Assembly (NCBI GenBank): GCA_965215195.1
Contig: CBDCDC010000002.1
Span: forward strand, 864,001-928,000
DNA length: 64,000 nt
DNA from: Candidatus Latescibacterota bacterium
GTDB lineage: Bacteria > Latescibacterota > UBA2968 > UBA8231
Direction: 5' to 3'
Part shown: one piece after another, positions 48,083 through 58,369 of the stretch
Numbering within the stretch: the first letter of the stretch is position 1
Layout of the letters: every line of letters begins with the position of its first letter
Translations under genes and position numbers: made by a program
The notes under the pieces: generated by a model
What the model saw: the letters and a program-made list of their open reading frames with translations, nothing else
Databases searched by the model: none
Told to the model about the DNA's origin: nothing

Positions 48083-50319
48083 ACGCGCTTAAATTAAAGT
48101 GGTTTGGCTCCAAACGCCGCAGCAATCAGCCCAAACCTTGGCACCCGCATAGTTCGTGGGTGTTCCGCATCGCTTTGGCGGGCCTAGTCATCGGCTTGCT
48201 CACCTACCTATCGCCCTACCAGCGTCCCTACAATGTCGCCCAGCTACGAGTCGGCAGCATCGCCCAAGAGCGCATCGAGGCTCCTTTTCTCTTTCACGTG
48301 CCCAAGAGCGATGCCGAATTGGAGCGCCAACGCCAAGCAGCGACCACCGAGATACCCACTATTTTACACCGCGATCCCTTAATTCAAGAGCGGCAGCTAG
48401 CGCAGCTAGACTCGGTCTTTGCGGTGATGATCCCAAATATCCGGGTTCAGCTAGCCGACTCGCTCAAGCAACGCGCCCTCCAACGCGCCCTCCCTCAAGT
48501 TGTTGGTTCGCTCTCGCTTGATGCCCTTTCGACCCTCATCGCCATCCTCTCCGCGGCCAGCGAACCTTATGTGCATGACTTCCAAGCCATCTGTCGGCAG
48601 ATTCTGGCCAATTACTATACCGCGGGCATCATTGTCTCCAAACAACCGATCCTCCTAAGCCCCTCAGACCAAGTCCGCCTCGGAGACCGGGAACAGCACA
48701 TAGAAACCCTCTATAGCGAAGAAAAGCTCAAACAAGGCGAATTGATCTCGCGCATCCAAACGTATCACACGATCGCCGACCGCGACGCCGTCCAAGCGGT
48801 ACACGAACTCCTAAGCCTCTTTGTGGTCCCCAATCTGACTATTGACGAGCCGGAAACCGCCCGCCTCAGGAACGCGGCGCGGCGCGGCGTGGCCAGTATC
48901 AAGCGGATCTATGCCCAAGATGACCTCATCGTCGACAAACACGCCACAGTCACCGAAGAGCACATCGACGCACTTGACGCACTAGCCGCCCGCATCGCCC
49001 AAGAGCAATCCCAACATCCGATCAAACGCCTGATCCAAGTGGCTGCGGCCGCGACGATCTCCGGCCTCCTGATCTTCGTCTTCGGCTACTTCCTCGCCAC
49101 GCACGAACGCGCTGTTTTTGACCAGCTCGGCCAGCTCGGTCTCTTAGCCATCCTGATCGTTGCCATAGCCGCCGCGGCCTCCTATATCAAAACGCACGAC
49201 CTCCCCCCCTACTGGGTGCCGATCCCCCTCGCTGCTATGTTGGCGACAATCCTGTTGACGCCACAAATTGGCTTGGTGCTCTCGTTTGTGCTCGCGCTCT
49301 TTGTCGGCAACCTCTTCGCCGACTTCTACGTGGCCATAATCTGCGCCCTAACAGCGGCTATAGCCGTCTATGCGGTGCGGCACGTGCGCCACCGCAATCA
49401 GTTCTACCGCCCCATGATCTTTCTGCCGATCTCTTATGCGCTGCTCATCGCGGCGGCAGACCTGTTGCGCTTCTTTCCGGTCGAACAGATATACGCTCAC
49501 ATCCTACCCGGCATCGTCATCGGCGCAGCCGCCCCCATTCTCACGATTGGCCTGCTACCGATCTTTGAAAGCCTCTTTCACATTACCACGGACATCACCC
49601 TGCTGGAGTTGTCGGATCCCAACCGGACCTTGCTCCGCCAATTGGCCATCCGAGCCCCGGGGACCTATACCCACAGTCTAATTATGGCCAATCTCTCCGA
49701 GAGCGCCGCCGAGGCCATTGCCGCCAACCCGCTCTTGGCCCGCGTTGGCTGTTATTACCACGACATCGGCAAGGTGAGCAAACCAGAATACTTCAGCGAA
49801 AATCAGGGATTGCAAGGCGGGCGCAACCCCCACGATCATCTGATGCCCTACTTGAGTATGCTCATCATCGCCTCGCACATCCGCGAGGGGCTCGAGCTGG
49901 CCGAGGAACACGGTCTCCCCCAATCTATCTGCGACCTGATCGCCCAGCACCACGGCACCACCGTCATCGAGTACTTTTACGAACGCGCTGTGGAATTGGG
50001 CGACCAGAGTGTGCGCGAGGAAGATTTCAGGTACAACGGTCCCAAGCCCCAGACCCAAGAAGCCGGCATCCTGATGTTGGCCGACTCGGTCGAAGCGGCG
50101 GCCCGCACCCTCGCCGAGCGCACGCCCAGCCGGATGCGCCAGTTAGTACACAAAATTATCCAGCAGAAATTCACCGCTGGCGAACTCGACGAGTGCGCTC
50201 TGACCCTGCGGGATTTGCTCAAAATAGAGGACAGCTTCATCCGCGTGCTGATGGGCGTCCTACACAGCCGGATGGAGTACCCTTGGCAGAAGGCCAATCG
50301 CAAATGGAGCACTGTCTAG
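48079..50319 (+). CDS. 7TM-HD (HDIG) phosphohydrolase, PgpH/YqfF-like
   Basis: Large extracytoplasmic domain, TM bundle, APGTYTHS, YYHDIGK, YFSENQ, QHHGT, MLADSVEAA. Confidence 0.92.
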   Translation: MNALKLKWFGSKRRSNQPKPWHPHSSWVFRIALAGLVIGLLTYLSPYQRPYNVAQLRVGSIAQERIEAPFLFHVPKSDAELERQRQAATTEIPTILHRDPLIQERQLAQLDSVFAVMIPNIRVQLADSLKQRALQRALPQVVGSLSLDALSTLIAILSAASEPYVHDFQAICRQILANYYTAGIIVSKQPILLSPSDQVRLGDREQHIETLYSEEKLKQGELISRIQTYHTIADRDAVQAVHELLSLFVVPNLTIDEPETARLRNAARRGVASIKRIYAQDDLIVDKHATVTEEHIDALDALAARIAQEQSQHPIKRLIQVAAAATISGLLIFVFGYFLATHERAVFDQLGQLGLLAILIVAIAAAASYIKTHDLPPYWVPIPLAAMLATILLTPQIGLVLSFVLALFVGNLFADFYVAIICALTAAIAVYAVRHVRHRNQFYRPMIFLPISYALLIAAADLLRFFPVEQIYAHILPGIVIGAAAPILTIGLLPIFESLFHITTDITLLELSDPNRTLLRQLAIRAPGTYTHSLIMANLSESAAEAIAANPLLARVGCYYHDIGKVSKPEYFSENQGLQGGRNPHDHLMPYLSMLIIASHIREGLELAEEHGLPQSICDLIAQHHGTTVIEYFYERAVELGDQSVREEDFRYNGPKPQTQEAGILMLADSVEAAARTLAERTPSRMRQLVHKIIQQKFTAGELDECALTLRDLLKIEDSFIRVLMGVLHSRMEYPWQKANRKWSTV

Positions 50320-50750
50320 ATAGGCCCCTTCACATAGTCCAAGACGCAGGCCTCGCCCCCCTGCCGGCAGACGCGCTCGCAGCTCTGCACCTCATCGCCG
50401 CGCAGGTCGCCTGCGTCCACGCGCTGCCGGGCGCAGTCCAGCTAGTCCTCATCGACGATGGCTACATGAGCGACCTCAACACCACCTATCGCAGCAAGGA
50501 GGGCACGACGGACGTCTTGTCTTTCGACTTGGGGACCATACCTGGTCAGGACCGCAGCGGCGAAGTGTACATTTCTCTACCTCAAGCACAGCGGCAAGCC
50601 GCCGCGCTCAGCGTCCCTCCCCTAGTAGAGCTAGCCCGCCTGTTGGTACACGGCCTACTTCACCTAGCGGGCTGGGTACACGACACACCAGAGCAACTAG
50701 CCGCTATGGAACGCGAAACAGACCATTTTCTTACCACAGCCTCCCTCTAA
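50304..50750 (+). CDS. ybeY: rRNA maturation RNase YbeY
   Basis: LN..YR.K..TTDVLSF, GEVYIS, HGLLHLAGWVH. Confidence 0.93.
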   Translation: MEHCLDRPLHIVQDAGLAPLPADALAALHLIAAQVACVHALPGAVQLVLIDDGYMSDLNTTYRSKEGTTDVLSFDLGTIPGQDRSGEVYISLPQAQRQAAALSVPPLVELARLLVHGLLHLAGWVHDTPEQLAAMERETDHFLTTASL

Positions 50751-50788
50751 GTGGCCTTGGCCGGCCGCATCACCTGAAAGGAGCCTTT

Positions 50789-52117
50789 TTGGAACCCCCG
50801 CCCGTTGACTTATCCTCGGCCGCGTACGCTGCACTGGTCAGCGCGATCAGCCTCCTCTGGCTCTTCTTGGTAGCCAGCTATGAGACTACCTTCGCCATTC
50901 TCTCCAAATCCGTGCTGGAGAAAATGGCCGAAAGCGGCGTATCGCATGCGCGCGCCATGCTTCGCATCTATGAGTCGCGCCTGCGCCTGCGCTTGATGAC
51001 TCGCCTCGGCGAGACCATCGGCGTCACAGTCCTTGCTTTCTCCCTGTTCTTTTTCGCGAATGCCCTTCTATTACCGTACGCCCTTCCGAGCTATATCCCT
51101 GCGGCCGTAGCCTTGTTGGGTGCGCTAGGGCTTTTCATGGTCGTGGCGACGCCCCGCCGCATTCGCTTTGACGAAGAGGGCGACGAAGCGCGCATACCCG
51201 TCGTCGCCTTGGCCTATGCGCCGGTACACGCACTGCTCCTCCCCTTGACCAATCTCCTCGAACTCCTCAGCAGCTTTGATTACAGCGACGAGGACTTTCG
51301 CGCCGAAAAGGAAGAGGAACTGCGCAGTATCGTCGAGTCAGAAGGCGAGTCTGGCGTCCTAGAAGAAGGTGAGCGCGAGATGATCGAGAGCGTCTTTGGC
51401 TTCCACGACCGAATTGTCCGCGAAGTCATGGTCCCTCGCGTCGACATGGTCGCCATCGACCAATCGGCCTCCCTGCAAGACCTGCTCGATCTTATTAGGG
51501 ACAAGGGCCACTCGCGCCTACCCATCTACCGTGAAAGCCTCGACCACATTCAAGGGCTAGTGTACGCCAAAGATCTGCTGCAGATCTTGGTGTCCCGGCC
51601 CGAAGTTGATCTAGCGACGCCCATAGACCAACTACTGACCAGCCAGCAAGAGGGCGATCTGCGTTTTACCCACGAGCCTTACTACATCCCCGAGACCAAG
51701 AAAATCGACGTCCTGCTCAACGACCTGAGAGCCAACAAAATTCGCCTCGCCATCGTCCTCGACGAATACGGCGGCACGGCTGGCTTGGTCACCACCGAGG
51801 ACCTCGTCGAGGAAATCGTCGGGGAGATCCAAGACGAGTACGACGAGGAAGAGGCATTGCATCACTGGCAGGTCCCCGGCGAGGTCCTCATCGCCAATGC
51901 CCGCATCGACATAGACGATCTCAACGAGTTGCTTTCCACCGACTTGCCGAGGGCGGGCTTTGAAACCCTCGGGGGATTTATCTACGACCACTTGGGAAGC
52001 ATCCCCGCGGAGGGCTTAGTTTTCACGGTCAATCATCTAGAGCTCGACATCCTCAAGGTGGAGGGCCAGCGCATCGCCCAAGTCAAACTCCGGCGCTTGA
52101 CACCCGTCGCCGATTGA
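50789..52117 (+). CDS. Hemolysin/CorC (CNNM-CBS-CorC) family protein
   Basis: N-terminal TMs, VREVMVPRVDM, GHSRLPIY, DEYGGTAGLVTTEDLVEEIVGEIQDEYD. Confidence 0.93.
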   Translation: MEPPPVDLSSAAYAALVSAISLLWLFLVASYETTFAILSKSVLEKMAESGVSHARAMLRIYESRLRLRLMTRLGETIGVTVLAFSLFFFANALLLPYALPSYIPAAVALLGALGLFMVVATPRRIRFDEEGDEARIPVVALAYAPVHALLLPLTNLLELLSSFDYSDEDFRAEKEEELRSIVESEGESGVLEEGEREMIESVFGFHDRIVREVMVPRVDMVAIDQSASLQDLLDLIRDKGHSRLPIYRESLDHIQGLVYAKDLLQILVSRPEVDLATPIDQLLTSQQEGDLRFTHEPYYIPETKKIDVLLNDLRANKIRLAIVLDEYGGTAGLVTTEDLVEEIVGEIQDEYDEEEALHHWQVPGEVLIANARIDIDDLNELLSTDLPRAGFETLGGFIYDHLGSIPAEGLVFTVNHLELDILKVEGQRIAQVKLRRLTPVAD

Positions 52118-52122
52118 GAGGG

Positions 52123-52151
52123 TTGCGCCCGCCTGCCCCATCCTTTACATT
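52123..52151 (+). promoter_or_regulatory. Putative promoter of the tRNA-fMet gene
   Basis: TTGCGC, 17 bp, TACATT, followed by an AT-rich stretch. Confidence 0.5.
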
Positions 52152-52168
52152 AATTATAAATAGCTTGT

Positions 52169-52245
<77 letters not shown>

Positions 52246-52249
52246 CCTT

Positions 52250-52282
52250 TCAGGGAGTCGCTCGCGGCTCCCTGATTTTTTT
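52250..52282 (+). terminator. Rho-independent terminator
   Basis: TCAGGGAGTCG/CGGCTCCCTGA stem plus T7. Confidence 0.85.
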
Positions 52283-52284
52283 CT

Positions 52285-52611
52285 ATGCCTATCTACAACA
52301 AGGTTCCCGACAATCCCACCGCTGCTCCGGCCGAGCGCATTCGCCTCGACGAGCGCTTCGTATCCTTGCTCGTCGCTGAAGATGCCCAAGTCCGCCTCGA
52401 AGCCCAAGAGCTGCGCCAGCTCGTCCACCGCGCCCTCCAAGCCCTTTCCGACGACGAGATGCGCGTTATTCAGCTCCGCTATCAGCACAAGAAATCGCCC
52501 GGCCAAGCCGCGTCGCGCATGGGCCTTTCGCGCAGCGCGATGGCTGCGCTCGAACAAAGCGGGTTAGAAAAATTGCGCCAAGGGCTCGAGGACTGGCACC
52601 GAGGCGTCTGA
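52285..52611 (+). CDS. Stand-alone sigma-70 region 4 (HTH) domain protein
   Basis: LVHRALQALSDDEMRVIQLRY...AASRMGLSRS...GLEKLR; no region 2. Confidence 0.7.
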   Translation: MPIYNKVPDNPTAAPAERIRLDERFVSLLVAEDAQVRLEAQELRQLVHRALQALSDDEMRVIQLRYQHKKSPGQAASRMGLSRSAMAALEQSGLEKLRQGLEDWHRGV

Positions 52612-52612
52612 A

Positions 52613-54133
52613 TTGCAGCAGCGGCTCCTTCCCCTGCTGGCCCCGGCCCTACTCTCGGGCCTGCTCTTCGTAGTTAGCATCCCCAAATTCGATCAGTACT
52701 ACTTCGCTTGGATTTGCTTGCTGCCGCTTTTTTTAGCTCGGCACTGGCTGCCCGCTCAAAGCCACTTCGCCCTCGGGCTAGTCGCCGGCCTCGCCTGGGC
52801 CTCCGGGCGCACCTACTGGATCACCGAGACCCTACAACTGTACGGTGCCCTCTCCTTGGCGACCGCCGTAGCGACGAATGCGCTGCTCATCTTATACATG
52901 GCCCTGTATCTGGCCTGTTTTGTCGCGGTATGCCGCCGCCTAGACTTTTCCTCCCCGCTCTTTGCTTGGTCGGCGGCCGGCGTCTGGGTCCTTTTAGAGT
53001 GGGTGCAAAACTGGATGTTGAGCGGCTTTCCTTGGCAGCTTTTGGGCTACTCCCAGTACCTCAACCTGCCCTTCCTGCAATGGGCTGCCACAACCGGCGT
53101 CTATGGGCTGAGTTTTCTCATCGTCCTGTTCAACGCTGCGTTGGCCCAAGCCCTCTCGCACCGCGCCTTCGTCGCCTATCTGAGCCTGCCTCTTTTTCTG
53201 CTGATCGCCGTTCATCTATGGGGCCTCTATCGGCTGCACGACGTGCGGGATCCGCCCTCCACCCTGAGAGTCGGCGTCGTCCAAGGCAATATCCCCCAAG
53301 ACCGCAAGTGGAAGGAGAACCGGCTGGCCTGGACAACTCGGCACTACGCCGCACTCACCCGGGACTTGGCGGCCACGGAAAAACCAGCACTGATCATCTA
53401 TCCCGAGACAGCCCTACCCCTCTATTTTGGCGACCCCTTGTACGCGGCCTATGTCGATTCAATAACAGCCTTAGCACCGGAGCTAAATACGCCCATGTTG
53501 GTGGGCAGCCTCAAGGGCGATTCGCAAAATCGCGCTGCTCCGGTCTATAACCGGGCCTTCCTGCTCAATGCTCAAGGAGAAGTAGTGGATTACGCCGACA
53601 AGGTACACTTAGTGCCTTTTGGCGAGTTTCTGCCCTTTCCATCCATCTTCCAGTATTTGGGAGGGCTTACGGCAGAAAGCGGCATCTTCGCCCGCGGAGC
53701 AAGGCACAAAGCACTGCGGCTTCCGCGCAGCGACATCTCATTCGGGGTCTTTATTTGCTACGAGTCCATCTTTCCGGAAATCACCCGCGCGCTGATGGCC
53801 CAAGACCCGGACTTTCTGGTCAACACCACCAACGACGCTTGGTTTGGCACCACCGCGGCCCCGCACCAGCACTTTGCGCAGGCTGTCTTGCGGGCCGTAG
53901 AAAGCGGACGGGCCGTAGTCCGCGCCGCCAATACCGGCATTTCCGGCTTAATCGAACCGAGCGGGCGCATTGCCTACCGCACACCGCTTTTTGCCACCGT
54001 AGGCTTTGCAATAGACGTGCCCTTGCACCAAGGACAGACGATCTACACGCGCTGCGGGGATTGGCCGCTCATGCTCTGCGCCCTCGCGCTAACGCTGGCC
54101 GCCATCCGCAAAAGTCATCACCGTCCCTCCTAA
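52613..54133 (+). CDS. lnt: Apolipoprotein N-acyltransferase
   Basis: GFPWQLLGYSQ, QGNIPQ, PETALP, KVHLVPFGEF, ICYESIF, TNDAWFG, RAANTGIS. Confidence 0.96.
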   Translation: MQQRLLPLLAPALLSGLLFVVSIPKFDQYYFAWICLLPLFLARHWLPAQSHFALGLVAGLAWASGRTYWITETLQLYGALSLATAVATNALLILYMALYLACFVAVCRRLDFSSPLFAWSAAGVWVLLEWVQNWMLSGFPWQLLGYSQYLNLPFLQWAATTGVYGLSFLIVLFNAALAQALSHRAFVAYLSLPLFLLIAVHLWGLYRLHDVRDPPSTLRVGVVQGNIPQDRKWKENRLAWTTRHYAALTRDLAATEKPALIIYPETALPLYFGDPLYAAYVDSITALAPELNTPMLVGSLKGDSQNRAAPVYNRAFLLNAQGEVVDYADKVHLVPFGEFLPFPSIFQYLGGLTAESGIFARGARHKALRLPRSDISFGVFICYESIFPEITRALMAQDPDFLVNTTNDAWFGTTAAPHQHFAQAVLRAVESGRAVVRAANTGISGLIEPSGRIAYRTPLFATVGFAIDVPLHQGQTIYTRCGDWPLMLCALALTLAAIRKSHHRPS

Positions 54134-55236
54134 ACCGGACAATCGGGAATATCGACCCACCGCCGCTCGGCCGCGGCCTCGAGAATGGAGTCGGCAACGG
54201 CCTGCGCCCGCATCCCGTGATAAAACGAGGGTACGCAATCGCGCCCCTCGCGGATGGCACTGACGAATTCCCACGCTTGGTCGTAGCGGAAGGTCTGCAC
54301 CGGATCGCCGACCAACGGATCGCGCGGCGCATTGGGACGCTTGAGGAACTCGGCGGGCACGGGCCGGCTCTGATAGGGCGCGCCGCGGGGCGCAAAGAGC
54401 ACCTCGTGTGGCGCGTGCAGGCGATAGACGACCGAGGCCTCCTCCCCGTTGAGCTCGGCTAAGTCGTGGTCGCCCTTCGGGCCGTAGCCCTTGCTCAACT
54501 TGCCCATCTCAAAGACGCCCGTGGTGCCGCTTGCAAACTCGGCGATCCACGCGATCCAATCTTCCACGTCCTGCGGTGGACACGGCTGGCCTTCGCGGGT
54601 CTGATCCCGCGGCACCAACTGCTTGGCCGCGCTGCACACGGCCTCTATCGGTCCCAGCAGATCCTCGGCAAAATCAATGCGGTGAATGCCCATATCGCCC
54701 AGCTCGCCCGACCCAGCGTAGTGCTTGTATTGCCGCCAGCCAATGGCGCACTCCCCCCAGTCTTGTAGACGCTGGAAACGGGCGTGGCGAATCGGCCCGA
54801 GGGCCCCGGTCTGCACCAAGTGGCGGATGTAGTTCATGGCCGGCACAAAGCGATAGGTAAAAGCCGTCATGTGGCGACGCCCCGACGCCTTGCCCCGGGC
54901 GTATATTTCCCGAGTTTGGGCGAAGTCCATGCCAAGGGGCTTCTCGCACAGCACGTGGCAGCCAGCGTCTAAGGCTTGGACGATCAGCTCGCAGTGATAG
55001 ACGTTGGGCACGGCGATGCAGACCGCATCCAAGGCCACCGCATCTAAGAGCGCGTCCAGCCGCTCAAAAGCGGCCGCAATGCCCCATTCTGCTTGCCGCT
55101 GTTGCCGCAGCGCGTCGTCTGGCTCGCAGATCCCAGCGATTTCGACTCCGGGAATCAGCCGCAGTCCTGGATAGTGTACCCCCGCACAGACGCCACCCGT
55201 GCCCACCAGCCCTACGCGCAGTGCTTGTTGGTTCAT
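54130..55236 (-). CDS. Gfo/Idh/MocA family oxidoreductase
   Basis: VGLVGTG, HVLCEKPL, GELGDMGIHRID. Confidence 0.92.
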   Translation of the reverse strand: MNQQALRVGLVGTGGVCAGVHYPGLRLIPGVEIAGICEPDDALRQQRQAEWGIAAAFERLDALLDAVALDAVCIAVPNVYHCELIVQALDAGCHVLCEKPLGMDFAQTREIYARGKASGRRHMTAFTYRFVPAMNYIRHLVQTGALGPIRHARFQRLQDWGECAIGWRQYKHYAGSGELGDMGIHRIDFAEDLLGPIEAVCSAAKQLVPRDQTREGQPCPPQDVEDWIAWIAEFASGTTGVFEMGKLSKGYGPKGDHDLAELNGEEASVVYRLHAPHEVLFAPRGAPYQSRPVPAEFLKRPNAPRDPLVGDPVQTFRYDQAWEFVSAIREGRDCVPSFYHGMRAQAVADSILEAAAERRWVDIPDCPV

Positions 55237-56177
55237 ACGACCTCTTTCATTCGCATTTGCATTTGTCTCTCCGCCTCGGCCAGCTTATCGACGAGTGCGT
55301 GCAACCGCGGCAGATCCTCAGCGGCCACGTCCTCGGCAAAAGGCACCACCGGCCCCCCGGCCAGCCCGACCCGCTCCATAGCCGCGTGCAGTGCCGAGCC
55401 ACTGTAGCGCGCCGCCCGCTCACCGCGCAGATCTTCAAACGGCACCATCTGCCGGCGAATTTCCTCGGCCCCGGCGCGATCTCCGGCCGCAAAGCCTTGC
55501 AGGAGCATCAGGCTCATGCCGGGGACGAAATTGGCCATCCCCGAGCTAAACCCAACCGCGCCAGCGGCCATATAGTCGATACAGGGATCCTCGGCCATGC
55601 CGCAGACCATGGCCGCGTCCTCCCCAGCACCGGCGACGATCCGCCGGAACGCCTCCAAGTCGTCAACGGCGTATTTAAGCCCCACCACCTCGTCTAACTG
55701 ACACAGCGCCACTACTTGCTCGACCGGCATGATATCCAACCGGCGCTGATACAGTATGGTGGGCAACTGGGTCTTCTCGGCAATGCCGCGCAGGCCGACG
55801 GCAACGCCCCCGGCTGAGGCCGGCCCGACGATGGGCATAATCATCACCCCGGCGACGCCCAACGAGTGCGCAATCCGCCCCATTTCCAGCGCCCGGCCAT
55901 ACCCCGGCCCGATCCCCGGCACCACCAAGGCCTCTCCGGCTGCGGCTTCCACAAAGGCCCCAACAACGGCCTCGTATTCGTCTAAGGTCATATCGTACAC
56001 CAGCCCGGTGCCGCACGCTGGCATAATAAAATCGACGCCCCGCTCGCAGAGAAAGCGCACATTGCGATCAATCCCCGCTAAGTCAAGGCCCCGTGCCGCG
56101 TCGCGGGGCGTGATCGCCACGACCAACACGTTGTGACACTGCTCCTTTTGCAACATCCGCATAGTATGCTCCTTCAT
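55233..56177 (-). CDS. DHDPS family protein (5-dehydro-4-deoxyglucarate dehydratase-like)
   Basis: AITP, CGTG, ILYQR, VVGLKYAV, GFSSGMANFVP. Confidence 0.85.
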   Translation of the reverse strand: MKEHTMRMLQKEQCHNVLVVAITPRDAARGLDLAGIDRNVRFLCERGVDFIMPACGTGLVYDMTLDEYEAVVGAFVEAAAGEALVVPGIGPGYGRALEMGRIAHSLGVAGVMIMPIVGPASAGGVAVGLRGIAEKTQLPTILYQRRLDIMPVEQVVALCQLDEVVGLKYAVDDLEAFRRIVAGAGEDAAMVCGMAEDPCIDYMAAGAVGFSSGMANFVPGMSLMLLQGFAAGDRAGAEEIRRQMVPFEDLRGERAARYSGSALHAAMERVGLAGGPVVPFAEDVAAEDLPRLHALVDKLAEAERQMQMRMKEVV

Positions 56178-56180
56178 CCG

Positions 56181-56552
56181 CTAGGCCCAAACGGTCTCGG
56201 TAGAAGTTGTGGCGTGTTTATTGTATTGCTCTATGTAATCCTCGCGCGGCGGGCTAAAAATGTCGAGAATTCGGGCCGGCCCTTCTTCGACGATACCCCA
56301 GTGGACCACGTGCGGCGGAATCAAGAAGGCGTCGCCCGGGCCGGTGACGCGCTCCTCTGACCCAATGCGAAAGCGGAAGCGCCCGGCCAGCACCAACCCG
56401 GCCTGCTCGTGTGGGTGGCTGTGCTCGGGCACTTCGCAGCCTTCTTCCATGTCCAAAAACGAAAGCATCAGCCGCTCGCCGGCCACCAAGCCGCTGTTGA
56501 TCTGGGGAAAAAGCTCCACGGCCGCAAGCTCTGCGGGGTTGATAAAGGGCAT
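56181..56552 (-). CDS. Cupin domain protein
   Basis: PEHSHPHEQ, IPPHVVH, LDIFSPPREDY. Confidence 0.93.
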   Translation of the reverse strand: MPFINPAELAAVELFPQINSGLVAGERLMLSFLDMEEGCEVPEHSHPHEQAGLVLAGRFRFRIGSEERVTGPGDAFLIPPHVVHWGIVEEGPARILDIFSPPREDYIEQYNKHATTSTETVWA

Positions 56553-56564
56553 AGTCTCCTCCTA

Positions 56565-56840
56565 TTAACTAATGCTTAGTTCTTGGGCAATCGCGGTCGC
56601 AACGGCTAGCGGCTGGCTTTCCAGATAGAGCGTATCATAGCTCATATCTAGCTCGCCGGGCCATTCCACTGAACCAGCCACCACGCGTACGGCTCGAAAG
56701 GCAGCGCGATTTTGCAGACGGACAAAGACGCCCTTCTGGAGATAGGGTTTCATATTGAATAGCCGCTGCTCGCCGTTCTCAAATACCACTTCCAGTCGGT
56801 AATCTTCTAGTGGATGTACCTGTTTAACTTGGGGATTCAC
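56565..56840 (-). CDS. DUF2442 family protein (putative antitoxin)
   Basis: VKQVHPLEDYRLEVVFENGE...F..L...F...V..GSVEWPGELD..YDTLY; GTG start after AGGAG. Confidence 0.88.
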   Translation of the reverse strand: MNPQVKQVHPLEDYRLEVVFENGEQRLFNMKPYLQKGVFVRLQNRAAFRAVRVVAGSVEWPGELDMSYDTLYLESQPLAVATAIAQELSIS

Positions 56841-56851
56841 ATTCGACTCTC

Positions 56852-57037
56852 CTACTTTAATGGCTCGATCTTGAACACATCTTCGCCGTTTACAGCTAGT
56901 TGCCAATTGGCCAATAGTTCCTCGCGATGTATTTCAATCCACGCCTGCACCAATCGAACTTTCCCAGATGGCAGGCTGCCAGCTAACATCTCCCCATCGT
57001 CTATACCGAACACCGCCGGCTGGCTTTCCAGCTTTGT
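56852..57037 (-). pseudogene. DUF4160 family protein, 5'-truncated
   Basis: Manual translation AVFGIDDGEMLAGSLPSGKVRLVQAWIEIHREELLANWQLAVNGEDVFKIEPLK*. The N-terminal half is missing and the MATE stop lies directly upstream in frame. Confidence 0.8.
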
Positions 57038-58369
57038 CTATTCGACAAAGCTCCGCAACCAAGCATCGCCGCGATAGCGCGGCCACAGCGTGGCGAAGCG
57101 GCCGACCATCAGGCCGCTATAGGCCATCCAAGCACCGGCTAATTCCCAATCCAACCAGTATATAAAAACCAACGCCGCCGGCACAAACACCCCCAAAGTG
57201 GCCAGCGCCATAGCCTTGAACAGATACCCCATATCGCTAGCGCCGATAAAAATTCCGTCAAAAACGAAGACCACGGCGTTCAACGGTTGCATCAGAGCGA
57301 TGAGTACGTAGAGCGCACCGACCTGTTCTACGACTTCCCGATGCGGAGTAAACAGCGCGGCAATAGGCTCCAAGGCCGCAAAGTACGCCAAGCCCAACCC
57401 CACTCCCAAACCCAAACCCCAGCAGATGATCCGCCAAGCGATCTGCCGGGCCTCGGCAAAGAGGCGTCCTCCTAGACAGCGGCCAACCAAGGTCTCGGCG
57501 GCGTGGGCAAAGCCGTCAACGGCAAAGCTGGTCAGCCCCCAGACCTGCAAAATCACGGCGTTGGCCGCCAAGGGTGCTTCGCCCATCCGCGAGACCGTGC
57601 CGAGCGTAAAAAAACCGGCAAATTGCAGACAGAGGGTGCGGCCGAAGAGGAAGGCATTGGTCTGTATCAGGCGCTGCATTGTGCGCAGGTCCCACAGCCT
57701 TGTAGGCCACTCCCGCAGATAGGAGCGGTAGCCGTTGAGCAATAAAAAAACCCCGGTGGCCAGCGCCGCTGCATTGCCCAGCACAGAAGCCCAAGCCGCC
57801 CCTTCGACGCCTAACTTGGGAGCGCCCAACTTGCCGTATATAAGCGCGTAGTCCGCGCCGATGTTGACCAAATTGGCAACGGTCGTAACCCAGAGCGGCG
57901 CGATGGCATTGGCGGTCCCAAGGAAAAAGCCGTTGAGCGTCATAACGCTCAGCGCCAAGGGCGCTTCCCACACCCGGATGGCGAAGTAGCGCATGCCCCA
58001 GTGCTGGACTTGCGGCGACCCGCCGGCCAACTCAAACCCAATCCGGCTGATCCAGCCGCCGGCCGCCGCGATCCCCATGCCGAGGAAGGCGGCCACAATA
58101 AGCGAGCGGTAGAGCACCCCCGCGCTCTGGCGTCGATCCCCGGCCCCGCAGTATTGGGCCACCAAGGCCGTGGTCCCCATCCGCAGAAAGGCCAAGCACC
58201 AGAATAGGGCGTTGAAGATCAAACTCGCCGTAGAGACCGCGCCCATAAAGGCCACTTCCGGCAAATGGCCGATCATCGCGGTGTCGGCAATGCCGATCAT
58301 CGGCGCAGACAGGGCGGTGAGGATATTGGGAACGGCGAGGCCGAGGATCTGGCGGTCGCGTAGGTTCAA
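57038..58369 (-). CDS. MATE family efflux transporter (DinF-like)
   Basis: LAVPNIL..LSAPMIGIADTAMIGHL, FLRMGTTAL, LGVEGAAWA, DGFAHAAE. Start TTG 58369. Confidence 0.93.
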   Translation of the reverse strand: MNLRDRQILGLAVPNILTALSAPMIGIADTAMIGHLPEVAFMGAVSTASLIFNALFWCLAFLRMGTTALVAQYCGAGDRRQSAGVLYRSLIVAAFLGMGIAAAGGWISRIGFELAGGSPQVQHWGMRYFAIRVWEAPLALSVMTLNGFFLGTANAIAPLWVTTVANLVNIGADYALIYGKLGAPKLGVEGAAWASVLGNAAALATGVFLLLNGYRSYLREWPTRLWDLRTMQRLIQTNAFLFGRTLCLQFAGFFTLGTVSRMGEAPLAANAVILQVWGLTSFAVDGFAHAAETLVGRCLGGRLFAEARQIAWRIICWGLGLGVGLGLAYFAALEPIAALFTPHREVVEQVGALYVLIALMQPLNAVVFVFDGIFIGASDMGYLFKAMALATLGVFVPAALVFIYWLDWELAGAWMAYSGLMVGRFATLWPRYRGDAWLRSFVE

